64,000 nucleotides of DNA from an uncultured Actinomycetes bacterium (GTDB lineage Bacteria > Actinomycetota > Thermoleophilia > Gaiellales > Gaiellaceae). A program made the position numbers and the translations under genes. The notes under the pieces are model-generated. The model was not told the origin of the DNA, did not search any database, and was given only the letters and a program-made list of their open reading frames with translations. Shown one piece after another: positions 16,092 through 25,200 of the stretch. The stretch's first letter is position 1; every line of letters begins with the position of its first letter. Location: positions 294,082 through 358,081 of the forward strand of contig CAVOKD010000002.1 of the NCBI GenBank assembly GCA_963696365.1. The letters are read 5' to 3'.

Positions 16092-17959
16092 GGCGTTCTC
16101 TCCTCATCCTCGTCGCGTTCGTCTCGCTCGCGCTGCCGGCCGTCGCCGCCGGCGCAACCGAGATCCGTGGCGTCGACACCTCCGGGTATCCGGAGATCCG
16201 CTTCACGGTCGAGACGGCGAGCTCGACGGGCACGCCGCCGACCGTGACGGAGAACGGCCTGTCGGTCGCCGGACTCGAGGCCGAGAGCCTCGGGCGGGCC
16301 AAGAGCGTCGTCCTCGCGGTCGACCGCTCGTTCTCGATGAAGGGCGAGCCGCTCGCGCACGCGATCGAGGCGGCGCGGGCGTTCATCGCCGCCAAGCCGG
16401 CCAACGACCGGATCGCCGTCGCCACGTTCGCGACGACGCCGGTGCTCCTGACCGGGTTCGCGACCTCGACGACGGATGCCGACTCGGCGCTCCGCTCGAT
16501 CGCGGTCGACGAGACGCAGGGCACGACCCTCTACGACGCGGTCGTCGCCTCGGCGCACGCGCTCGCGAGCGAGCCGCTCGCGGCGCGCGTGCTGATCGTC
16601 GTGACCGACGGCAACGAGACGAAGAGCGTCGCGACCCTCGACGAGACGATCGCGGCCGCCACCGAAGCGGGCGTGTCCGTCTACGTCGTCGGGATCGAGA
16701 GCGCCCGCTTCACGCCCGAGCCGCTGCAGCAGCTCGCCGGCGAGACCGGCGGGTCGTACTACGCGGCGGCGTCGGCCGAGGCACTGAACGGCGTCTACCA
16801 GTCGATCGCCGAGGAGCTCCGCCGGACGTGGCAGGTGCGCTACTTCACCGCCGCCCGGCCGGGCGAGGCCCTCGAGCTCCAGGCGAAGGCCGGCGACGAC
16901 GTCATGAGCGCGCAGTTCAAGGCGCCGGGCGTGCTCGCGCCGGTCGACACGGCCCGCGAGCGTTCGCCGCTCCTGCCGGCGACGTTCCTGCACGGCTGGT
17001 GGGGCGCGTTCGTCCTCGCTCTCGGGGTCGCGCTCCTCGTACTCGTCGCGGCGGCGTTCGCGTTCGCATCCCCGCGCGGCGCGTGGCTGCGCCAGCGGCT
17101 CGAGCCCCATGTGGCGGGCGGCGAGCAGCGGGCGGCCGCACCGAAGGAGCGCGAACGGCTCGCGTTCGCAACGACGCTCTTCCACGCGACCGAGCGGACG
17201 TTCGGACACCTGAAGTTCTGGTCGAGGATCCAGGCGCTGCTCGACCGGGCCGACCTGCCGCTTCGCACCGTGGAGTTCCTCTACGTGATGGCCGGCTCGG
17301 CCTTCCTGGTCGGGCTGCTCTTCGCCCTCGCCGGGGCGCCCACCTGGGTGCTCCTGGCGGCGTTCGCGGGCGGCGCGATGCTGCCGTACGGCTTCCTCGT
17401 CATGCGGGCCAAGCGCCGCCTGAAGGCGTTCGACGCGCAGCTCCCGGATCTCCTGACGACGATCGCCGCCTCGCTCAAGGCCGGGCACAGCTTCCGGCAG
17501 AGCATCCAGGCCGTGGTCGACGAGGGGCAGGAGCCCGCGTCGGGGGAGTTCAACCGGGTCCTGGCCGAAACGCGCCTGGGCCGGCCGATGGACGGCGCCC
17601 TCGCGGAGATGTCACGCCGCGTCGGCTCGAAGAACCTCGAGTTCGTCCTCACGGCCGTCACGATCCAGCGCCAGGTCGGAGGCAGCCTCGCGGTGATCTT
17701 CGACATGGTCGCCGACACCGTTCGCAACCGGCACCAGTTCGCGCGGAAGGTCAAGGGCCTGACCGCGATGGGCCGGGCCTCGGCCTACGTGCTGATCGCC
17801 CTGCCCTTCTTCCTCGCCGGCGTCGTGACGCTCATGAACGCCGAGTACATGGCGCCGCTCTACCACTCGTCCACCGGACACAAGCTGATCATCATGGGCC
17901 TCGTCATGATCGCGATCGGCTCGTTGATCCTCAAGAAGATGGTCTCCTTCAAGGGGTGA
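16088..17959 (+). CDS. tadB: fusion protein: signal peptide, extracytoplasmic vWA domain and TadB (T2SS-F family) platform domain
   Basis: Track ORF 16088..17959, 623 aa. Signal peptide MRRSLLILVAFVSLALPAVAAGA. MIDAS motif VLAVDRSFSMKG ... VTDGNET. A TM at about aa 300. Then a TadB-like region: FDAQLPDLLTTIAASLKAGHSFRQSIQ...VTIQRQVGGSLA. Confidence 0.85.
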   Translation: MRRSLLILVAFVSLALPAVAAGATEIRGVDTSGYPEIRFTVETASSTGTPPTVTENGLSVAGLEAESLGRAKSVVLAVDRSFSMKGEPLAHAIEAARAFIAAKPANDRIAVATFATTPVLLTGFATSTTDADSALRSIAVDETQGTTLYDAVVASAHALASEPLAARVLIVVTDGNETKSVATLDETIAAATEAGVSVYVVGIESARFTPEPLQQLAGETGGSYYAAASAEALNGVYQSIAEELRRTWQVRYFTAARPGEALELQAKAGDDVMSAQFKAPGVLAPVDTARERSPLLPATFLHGWWGAFVLALGVALLVLVAAAFAFASPRGAWLRQRLEPHVAGGEQRAAAPKERERLAFATTLFHATERTFGHLKFWSRIQALLDRADLPLRTVEFLYVMAGSAFLVGLLFALAGAPTWVLLAAFAGGAMLPYGFLVMRAKRRLKAFDAQLPDLLTTIAASLKAGHSFRQSIQAVVDEGQEPASGEFNRVLAETRLGRPMDGALAEMSRRVGSKNLEFVLTAVTIQRQVGGSLAVIFDMVADTVRNRHQFARKVKGLTAMGRASAYVLIALPFFLAGVVTLMNAEYMAPLYHSSTGHKLIIMGLVMIAIGSLILKKMVSFKG

Positions 17960-17966
17960 ACCGAAA

Positions 17967-18869
17967 ATGCTGCTCGTACTTGCAATCGCGACGCTCGGGC
18001 TGGCGGTCTACCTCCTCGGCGAGGTAGCCACGCTCCCGGCGCGGCAGCGGCAGGGCTCGATCCGCCGTGCGGCGAACTACGGCCGCTCGCGCCGGATGAT
18101 CAACCCGTTCGCCCAGACCGCGGGCTTCCGCGAGCGGGCGATGGGCCCGGCCGTCACGAGCCTCGCGCGCGTCGTCCTTCGGCTCTCGCCGAAGTCGACG
18201 GCCGACTCGATCAACCTGAAGCTTCTCGGCGCCGGAATGGGCCGGAGCTTCACGCCGACGGCGTTCCTCGCCACGAAGGGAATCCTCGCCGTCATGGGAC
18301 TCCTGCTCGGCCTGATGGCCGGCGTCGGCAACGGCGCCAAGGGAGTCCTGGTCGCCTTCGGGTTCGGCCTGGTGGGCCTAATGCTCCCGGACACGGTCGT
18401 GACCTTCAAAGGGCGTAGCCGTCGGGAACGGATCCAGGCGGAGCTGCCCGACGCGCTCGACCTCCTCGCGGTCAGCGTCGAGGCCGGCCTCGGGTTCGAC
18501 GGGGCGATCACAAAGCTGACCGAGCACATGGACGGACCCCTCGCGGAGGAGTTCGCTCTGACGCTCGGCGAGATGCGGATCGGGGAAACCCGGTCGGAGG
18601 CCCTGAAGAAGATGTCGGAGCGGGTCGGATCGCCCGCGATGGCCTCGTTCACGCGCGCGGTCATCCAGGCGGACCAGCTCGGCATCGCCCTCGGCCGGAT
18701 TCTGCGGCTACAAGCTGCGGAGGCTCGGAACCGCCGCCAGGCGGCGGCCGAGGAGCGGGCGATGAAGGCTCCGATCAAGATGCTGTTCCCGACCGTGCTC
18801 TTCATCTTCCCGGCGATGTTCATCGTCATCCTCGGACCAGCCTTCATGAATCTGTCGAAGCTGTTCTAG
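17967..18869 (+). CDS. tadC: TadC (T2SS-F family) platform protein
   Basis: Track ORF 17967..18869: LPDALDLLAVSVEAGLGFDGAI...VIQADQLGIALGRILRLQA. Confidence 0.85.
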   Translation: MLLVLAIATLGLAVYLLGEVATLPARQRQGSIRRAANYGRSRRMINPFAQTAGFRERAMGPAVTSLARVVLRLSPKSTADSINLKLLGAGMGRSFTPTAFLATKGILAVMGLLLGLMAGVGNGAKGVLVAFGFGLVGLMLPDTVVTFKGRSRRERIQAELPDALDLLAVSVEAGLGFDGAITKLTEHMDGPLAEEFALTLGEMRIGETRSEALKKMSERVGSPAMASFTRAVIQADQLGIALGRILRLQAAEARNRRQAAAEERAMKAPIKMLFPTVLFIFPAMFIVILGPAFMNLSKLF

Positions 18870-18884
18870 AGGAGGGACATACCG

Positions 18885-20111
18885 ATGGCGGCTCGCGATT
18901 CGAAGCCGCTGCGGCTCCGGGGGAGCCAATCGGGTCAGGTGATCGTGATGTTCGCGGTGTGCCTCGTGATGGTGCTCGGGGCCGCCGCGCTCGTCATCGA
19001 CGTCGGATACGCGTACTACGTCAAGCGTCAGCTGCAGGCCTCGGCCGACGCGGCTGCGCTCGCGGGCGCCCAGTCGCTGCCGGATCCGGCCACCGCGTCG
19101 GCGACGGCGTTCCAGTATGGGGGCGGCGACGGCGGGAAGAACCAGACCGGCACCGTTCCGCCTGTGACCACGAAGGTGACGACGAAGTGCGTCTCGGTCG
19201 CGCCGTGCAACCCGGTGAACGCGATCGTCGTCGAGCAGTCGGCGGTCGTCCCGACGCACTTCGCGAAGCTCCTCGGGCTCGACGCGTTCCACGTCGACGT
19301 GAAGGCGACGGCGTGCTCCCCGTGCGGGTCGCGGCCGCTCGACATCATGCTCGTGCTCGACCGGACCGGCTCGATGTGCCAGGACTCGAACGGGAACACC
19401 CAGTCGGGCTGTCCCGACCTGGCGAGCGCGAAGCAGGGCGTCCGTGACTTCATCGCGTTCATGGACCCGACGATCGACAAGATCGGCCTCGCGGTCTTCC
19501 CGCCCGCGGCGAGTCAGTCGGCGCGGTGCTCGACGCCCGACGCGGGCGACTACGACTCGAGCTCGGCGCCGTACGTGATCGCGCAGCTCGCGCAGGACTA
19601 CAAGGTCGGCAACGCGCTCAACGAGAGCTCCCGGCTCGTCAGCACGGTGAACTGCCTGAAGGCGAACGGGACGACCGCGTACGCGACGGCGATCGAGAAG
19701 GCCCAGGCCGAGCTCGACGCTCGCGGACGGTCGAACGCCGCCGACATCATCGTGTTCTTCTCCGACGGGGCCGCGAACTACGGGCCCTCGTACTACTCGA
19801 ACAGCTCGCCGTACCGCCGCCAGCCCTGCCGGCAGGGCGTGACGTCGGCCGGAGCCGCGAAGGCCCGCGGGACGACGATCTACTCGATCGGCTACGACCT
19901 GAACGCGCTCGGGGGCGGCGCGAATGTCTGCAAGTCGTACTCGGGCTCGCTCGAGTCGCCGTCGATCACGGCGTACCAGGCGATCCAGGGCATCGCGAGC
20001 GGGGCGGACAAGTTCTTCAACCAGCCGTCCGCCGGCGAGCTCCAGACCATCTACACCCAAGTGGCAGCCGAGATCTCGGGCGCGCGCCTGATCGACGACG
20101 GCTTGCTCTAG
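18885..20111 (+). CDS. TadG-like protein with a vWA domain (putative pilus-associated adhesin)
   Basis: Track ORF 18885..20111. The TadG-type N-terminus is GSQSGQVIVMFAVCLVMVLGAAALVIDVGYAYYVKRQLQASADAAALAGAQ. MIDAS motif IMLVLDRTGSMC ... FFSDGAAN. Several Cys residues. Confidence 0.8.
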   Translation: MAARDSKPLRLRGSQSGQVIVMFAVCLVMVLGAAALVIDVGYAYYVKRQLQASADAAALAGAQSLPDPATASATAFQYGGGDGGKNQTGTVPPVTTKVTTKCVSVAPCNPVNAIVVEQSAVVPTHFAKLLGLDAFHVDVKATACSPCGSRPLDIMLVLDRTGSMCQDSNGNTQSGCPDLASAKQGVRDFIAFMDPTIDKIGLAVFPPAASQSARCSTPDAGDYDSSSAPYVIAQLAQDYKVGNALNESSRLVSTVNCLKANGTTAYATAIEKAQAELDARGRSNAADIIVFFSDGAANYGPSYYSNSSPYRRQPCRQGVTSAGAAKARGTTIYSIGYDLNALGGGANVCKSYSGSLESPSITAYQAIQGIASGADKFFNQPSAGELQTIYTQVAAEISGARLIDDGLL

Positions 20112-20127
20112 CTCTAGGCCGACCCCT

Positions 20128-20163
20128 CGGGTCGCGGCTGGCTCGGACCCCGGCCGCGACCCG
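20128..20163. terminator. hairpin between convergent genes (candidate bidirectional terminator)
   Basis: CGGGTCGCGGC 20128..20138 pairs with GCCGCGACCCG 20153..20163, giving an 11-bp stem and a 14-nt loop. It lies between the tadG-vWA stop (20111) and the DUF1501 stop (20189). Confidence 0.5.
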
Positions 20164-20188
20164 GCCTAGTTACGTGGTCGATCGGGCG

Positions 20189-21569
20189 CTAGCCGATCAG
20201 CGCGGGCCGGGCGAAGCTGGCGGCGCCGGGGATGACGGCGGCGGCGTCGGTCTCGAGCCACTGCTCGAGCAGGGCGCTGTAGAGGCCGCGGTAGTCGGCG
20301 GTCGGCTTCAGGTTGCCCTCGCCGTCGAGGCCGGAGGCGCCGAGGCCGGGGAACTCGCCGACCATCTCGCCGCGCACGGGCGAGCCGAGCACGAGCGCGA
20401 TCCCGGCGGCGCCATGGTCGGTGCCGCGCGAGCCGTTCTCGCGGGCGCGGCGGCCGAACTCCGTCCAGACGAGCGTCACGACGCGGTCGGCGATCCCGCG
20501 CGCCTCGAGGTCGCGCTGGAAGGCGCGCAGGCTCTCGGCCGTCAGCGTCAGGCCCTCGGTGAGGCCCGCCGCCTGGTCGTCGTGCGTGTCGTACATGCCG
20601 GGCGCCTGGAGCGCGACGCAGTGGAGCGGGAGACCGGCGGCGATCATCGCCGCGAGCGCCGCGAGCCGCTGGGGGAAGTCCTCGTCCGGGCTCGGGTAGG
20701 CGACGGGCGGCGCGCCCGTGTCGCCGCTCGCGAAGGCCGAGAGCTGCCGGCGGAGCTGGTCGGTCTGGTACGCGGCCGCGGCGGCCTGCGAGAGCGCCGG
20801 GTCGCCGGCCGGCTGCACGCGAGCCGAGCGAGCCGATCGCGTCGAGCATGTGCGGCTGCACCTCGCCCCAGACGCCGCGCGCCCAGAAGTCGTACTCCTT
20901 GGGCGCCTCGACCGTCGCCACCGGGACGGCGCCCGCCGCGAGCGAGGGCTGCAGCTGGTGGTCGAGCGAGAGGCCCTGGAGCGGGTTGTCCTGCGTCCCG
21001 ACCAGGTCGAGATAGCGCCCGAGCCAGCCGGTGCGGAGGTTCGCCTGGGTGGCGCCGACCTCCCAGTAGTGGCGCGACGTGAAGTGGGACTGGTTGACGT
21101 CCGTGTAGCCGACCGCGGGGAGGACGCTGACCTTGCCCTCGCCGTGGAGCTCCGCGAACGGCGCCGCCGCCGGGTGCCAGCGCAGCCGGTCGTCCTCGGC
21201 GAACGGCGTGCCGGCCGTGGGCGCGAGCGCGAGGGTGGGGCGGAAGGCCGCGTAGTTCGGCTCGCCGGCCGGGAAGAGGATCGACATCGAGTCGGCGCCG
21301 CCGTCCAGGAAGACCGAGACCAGCACGCGCTGCGCGGGGCCGGACTGGGCGCGCGCGATGCCCTCCTGGAGCGCGTCGATCCCGAGCTTCGAGCCGCCGT
21401 AGACCGAGAGCAGGAGGCCGGCCGAGCGGGCGAGGAAGGAGCGCCGGTCGAGCCCGGTTCCGGCCGGGAGCGGCATGCCGCGCTCGATCGCCGGCAGGCC
21501 CTGGCCGGCCTGGGCGGCCGCGCGGCGGAGCGCCTCGGAGCGGGAGAAGGAGTCGCAGCCGCAGCGCAT
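20189..21569 (-). pseudogene. DUF1501 domain protein with a Tat-type signal, one apparent frameshift
   Basis: The N-terminal part is in another frame inside track ORF 20166..22688 (MRCGCDS...GLDRRSFLARSAGLLL...VSVFLDGGADSMS...AVGYTDVNQSHF...MLDAIGSLGS). The C-terminal part is track ORF 20189..20818 (..VQPAGDPALS...MYDTHDDQA...WTEFGRRARENGSRGTDHGAAG). The join is at about 20819..20824. The start overlaps the upstream stop as TGATG. Confidence 0.75.
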
Positions 21570-22903
21570 CAGCACGTGTGGAGGTCGGGGGACACGGCGA
21601 CGAGCTGGCGGAGCGCGTTCTGGGCGAGCACCGGGTACTGCGTCCGCTTCCAGCTCTGGTCGGCCTCGCCGAGCGCGGCCTGCGCGAACGCGACGAGCGC
21701 GCCGCGCGTCTGGCGCGAGACGGTCGGGCGGCCCCAGAACTTGAGGGCGCGGTCGACGAGCTCCTGGGCGTCGAACGGCTGGCCGCCGTCGCCGGGGTCG
21801 AGCTCGGCGCGGCCGATCGCGTAGTTCGCGGCCACCCAGCGCCCGCGGAAGGTGGCGGTGTCGAGCCAGTGCTCGTCGTCCCAGCCGGCCACGTTCGGCG
21901 GGCGGAAGAGGGTCTGGCCGGTCAGGCTCGCGATCCACGCCCAGGCGTCGGTGTCGATCCCGCGTCCGCGGGCCCGGAGCAGGCCGGCCGTGTAGACGAC
22001 GGCCGGCTTGACCATCCGCGGGCCGGTGTGGAGCTTCGGGTGGCGGAGGATCGCCTCGACGACGGGCCGCACGGCGTAGCCGTTGCGCAGGTAGAGCCGC
22101 TGGAGCTTGAGCTGCGTCTCCGCGCTCGGCGGCACCGGGATGAAGTAGCTCCAGAGCTTGCGGACGAAGAACGACGGGTGCTTCGGGTTGCGGAGCGCGA
22201 GCCGGCACGAGTCGGCCCACGTGTAGCGGCCCGTCTTGCCGAAGACCGTCTTCAGGCCGGCGTCGTGGTAGCCCGCCTCGTAGCGGAAGTTCACGTGCCC
22301 GTCGCCGTCGTGCCAGTCGTTCGTCCAGCCGGTGAGCGCGCGGGCCTGCGCGCGGACGTCCTGCTCCGTGTAGCCGCGGTCGGCGCCGAGCGTGAAGAGC
22401 TCCATCAGCTCGCGCGCGTAGTTCTCGTTCGGCGACCAGCGCGTGTTCTGGTTGCCCGAGAGCCAGACGAGCATCGCCGGGTCGTGCGTGACGTCGGCGA
22501 GCAGCTGGTCGAAGCGCCCGAGCGCGCGGCGGCGGAAGAGCTCGTTCTGGCGGAGCATCAGGGCGGCCTGGCCGACGCCGTCGTTCGAGGTCGCGAACCA
22601 GTCGTGCCAGACGAGCGTCATCCGCTCGACGAGCGGGGTGCGGGTGCGCACCATCCGGTCGAGCCACCAGAGGTGGTCGTGGCCCCACTGCTGGCGCGGC
22701 TGGAGCGGATTGCCGTCGTCGTCGTGCGGCTTGGGGCCGGCGAGCCCCGAGACGGTCGGGCGCGTCAGCGAGCGGATCGCGCCCTCGAGTCCCTTCGCTG
22801 CGAGCTTGGCGGCCTCCCCGGGACGGGGCCCGAAGCCGGCGCGCCAGAGGAGGCGCTCCGCCTGCACCGGCCCGAAGCGTCCTCGGTAGACCGGCAGCGA
22901 CAA
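21569..22903 (-). CDS. DUF1800 domain protein; start uncertain
   Basis: This is the C-terminal ~445 aa of track ORF 21569..23275 (LWRAGFGPRPGE...LVWHDWFATSN...MLVWLSGNQNTRWSPNENYARELMELFTLG...NVAGWDDEHW). The coiled-coil N-terminus of that track ORF belongs to the upstream gene. A candidate TTG start is at 22903. Confidence 0.75.
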   Translation of the reverse strand: MSLPVYRGRFGPVQAERLLWRAGFGPRPGEAAKLAAKGLEGAIRSLTRPTVSGLAGPKPHDDDGNPLQPRQQWGHDHLWWLDRMVRTRTPLVERMTLVWHDWFATSNDGVGQAALMLRQNELFRRRALGRFDQLLADVTHDPAMLVWLSGNQNTRWSPNENYARELMELFTLGADRGYTEQDVRAQARALTGWTNDWHDGDGHVNFRYEAGYHDAGLKTVFGKTGRYTWADSCRLALRNPKHPSFFVRKLWSYFIPVPPSAETQLKLQRLYLRNGYAVRPVVEAILRHPKLHTGPRMVKPAVVYTAGLLRARGRGIDTDAWAWIASLTGQTLFRPPNVAGWDDEHWLDTATFRGRWVAANYAIGRAELDPGDGGQPFDAQELVDRALKFWGRPTVSRQTRGALVAFAQAALGEADQSWKRTQYPVLAQNALRQLVAVSPDLHTC

Positions 22904-22908
22904 GGAGG

Positions 22909-24441
22909 CTAGTGCACCGCCTCGCGCTTGTTCAGCGCGCCCTGCACCTGCTTCACGTACTCGGCCAGCTCCGTCTTCCTTCGTCTCGAGCTTGCGCTCG
23001 AGCTCGGTGAGCTTCTCGTGCCAGCGCTCGAGCTTCTCCTCGCGGATCTCCTGGTCGGCCTGCACCTTCGCGTCGCGCTGGTCGAGCTCGCCCTCGCGCT
23101 CGTCGAGCTCCTTGATGCGGTCGCGCATCGAGTCCTCGAGCTCGGCGACGCGCTTCTCGCGGCGGTTCAGCCGGTCGACCTCGGCCTGGGCGAGCGTCTC
23201 CGAGTTCGTGTGGGCGGACTCGCGCTCGGCGAGCTCGCGCTCGCGCGCGTGCAACCGCTCCTCGAGCTCGGTCAATCCTGTGACGTGACGGCGTTCGTCT
23301 CGACGCGGGCGGCCGCGGCCTCGGCGCGGTGCACCTCGGCCTCGCGGGCGGCCAGGTCGGCGGCGCGGGCGTCGAGGTCGGCCAACTGCGCGCGGGCCTC
23401 CTCGAGCTGGTGCTCCAGCTTCGCCGTCTGCTTCTTCAGCTCGAGCTCGCCGACCTCGAGGTCGCCCATCGTGCGCCGGGCCTGCTCGAGCTCGTCGGCG
23501 GCGCGGGCGGCGTTCGCCTCGATCTCGGCCTCGCGAGACTCGAGCTCGGCCAGCCGCGTGGCCACGTCGGCCTCGCGCTCGGCCAGGAGGGCGGCGTGCT
23601 CGTCGTCGCCGGCCTCGAGCGCCTGCTCGCGCTTCGCAAGCATCTGCTCGCGCTCGGTCGCGGCCGACTCCTGCGCTGAGAGCTCGCGCTCGCGCGCCTC
23701 GAGCTCCTCGGCCCGGGCGGCAAGGTCGGCGCTCAGCGTGTCGCGCTCCTGCTCGCCGGCGGCGACGGCCTGCTCGCGCGCCGCCAGCTCCTTCTCGCGG
23801 GCATCCAGTTCATCCTCGCGGGCGCGCTCGACCTCGGCCAGTGCCTGCTCGCGCTCGGCGAGCGCGGACGCCTGGGCGGCGAGCTCGCGCTCCTTCGCGT
23901 CGAGGTCACCGGCCGCCTCGGAGGCGCTGAGCCGCTCCTCGAGCTCGCGGCCGCGCTCGGCCAGGGCCTCCTCGGCGACGCGAACGCGCTCCTGGGACTC
24001 CTCGAGCTCGGCGCGGAGCCGGGCGGTATCGTCGGTGTCGGCCTCGAGCTCGCTCCGCCGGACGGCCACCTCGGACTCGAAGCGGCGCAGCTCGGCCTCG
24101 CGCTCGTCCAGCTCGGCGGCGCGGGCGCTCAGGGCCTCGTCCATGTCGAGGCCGCGATCGGTGGTCTCGAGCTGCGCGTCGACGGTCGCCCGCAGCACCT
24201 CCTCGCGGTTCAGCGCCGCCTGCAGCTCGTCCCGGAGCGTCTCGACGTCGGGCGAGTGGCCGTTCGTCTGGGAGGCGAGCTCGGCCGCGTGGGCAGCCTC
24301 CGCCGTGCCGTCTTCCTTGGCGGCCATGAGGGCTTCTCGTCGGCGAGCGAGCTGCGCGCGCAGCCCGGTGCCGAAGCCCTTTTCGGTGTCGGCGGGAGTG
24401 GGTTCGTTCGGCATGCGGCAGGCCGTCCCTGTAGGCGCCAT
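22909..24441 (-). pseudogene. long E/A/R-rich coiled-coil protein, two apparent frameshifts
   Basis: Track ORF 23272..24441 (..ELEARERELSAQESAATEREQMLAKREQALEAG..) continues at about 23274..23280 into LTELEERLHARERELAERE...KLERWHEKLTELERKLETKE. At about 22970..22976 it continues into ELAEYVKQVQGALNKREAVH, ending at TAG 22911..22909. Confidence 0.6.
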
Positions 24442-24480
24442 CGGCGTTCGGGGGCCTCCGCAGCATCCCCCGAAAAGGGT

Positions 24481-25144
24481 CTACCGCTCGCGCCAGCTTT
24501 CGAGCGCGTGCCAGGCCGCGAGCGTGTCGCCCGAGACCTGCGCGCCGATGTCCGCCGGCCGCGCCGCCCAGTGGAGCTCCGCCACCTTCGTCTCGTCCGG
24601 CAGGGGCTCGGCGCCCGGGCGCAGCGAGGCGTGGTAGATGACGAGCGCCGAGCCGGAATCGTCGTTCACGCAGACGGCGACCGGCTGGAAGCCGGGCAGG
24701 TCGTCCTCGGCGAGGCCGATCTCCTCCGCCGCGTCCGCGAGCACCGCCGACCGCGGCTCCTCGCCCGGCCGCACGCCGCCCGAGGCCGACGCCGTCCAGA
24801 GGAGCGGGTCGCGCCCGATCGAGCGGCCGCGGAGCTGGAAGAGCACCGCGCCCTCGGGCCGCTCGACGAAGAGCTGGACGCCGAGCGCGAAGCCGAGCCT
24901 GGCCCGCGAGCGACGGCTCCTCGAAGACGACCATCGCCTCCGCGTAGCGCCCGGCGCGGAGCAGGATCGCGCCCTCGGGTGTGACGCCGTGGCAGAACGC
25001 GATCGGGCCGTCGAAGCGGCCGTGCGTCCGCGCGAGCGAGTGACGGGCGTCGGCGACGGCCCGCCCGATCGCGCCGTCGACCGGCAGCGTGAACGGATAC
25101 GGCCGGAATCGCGGCTCCTGATCGAGCAGGACGACGGCGCGCAC
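24481..25144 (-). pseudogene. NUDIX hydrolase, one apparent frameshift
   Basis: The N-terminus is MRAVVLLDQEPRFRPYPFTLPVDGAIG...AMVVFEEPSLAGQ (inside track ORF 23906..25144). At about 24895..24903 it continues as LGFALGVQLFVERPEGAVLFQLRGRSIGRDPLLWTASASGGVRPGEEPRSAVLADAAEEIGL (Nudix box; track ORF 24481..24846). Confidence 0.7.
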
Positions 25145-25200
25145 AGGCGAAGTCTCGCCTCAGCCCCGGACGCGAGCGGCCGAGGGCGGTCGGTGTGCAG

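Noticed and set aside
22909-24441. Repetitive E/A/R-coding DNA as a possible repeat element or SMC-type gene
   Set aside because: The periodicity is at the heptad/amino-acid level, not exact DNA repeats. There are no Walker motifs or hinge regions. I treat it as a plain coiled-coil protein.
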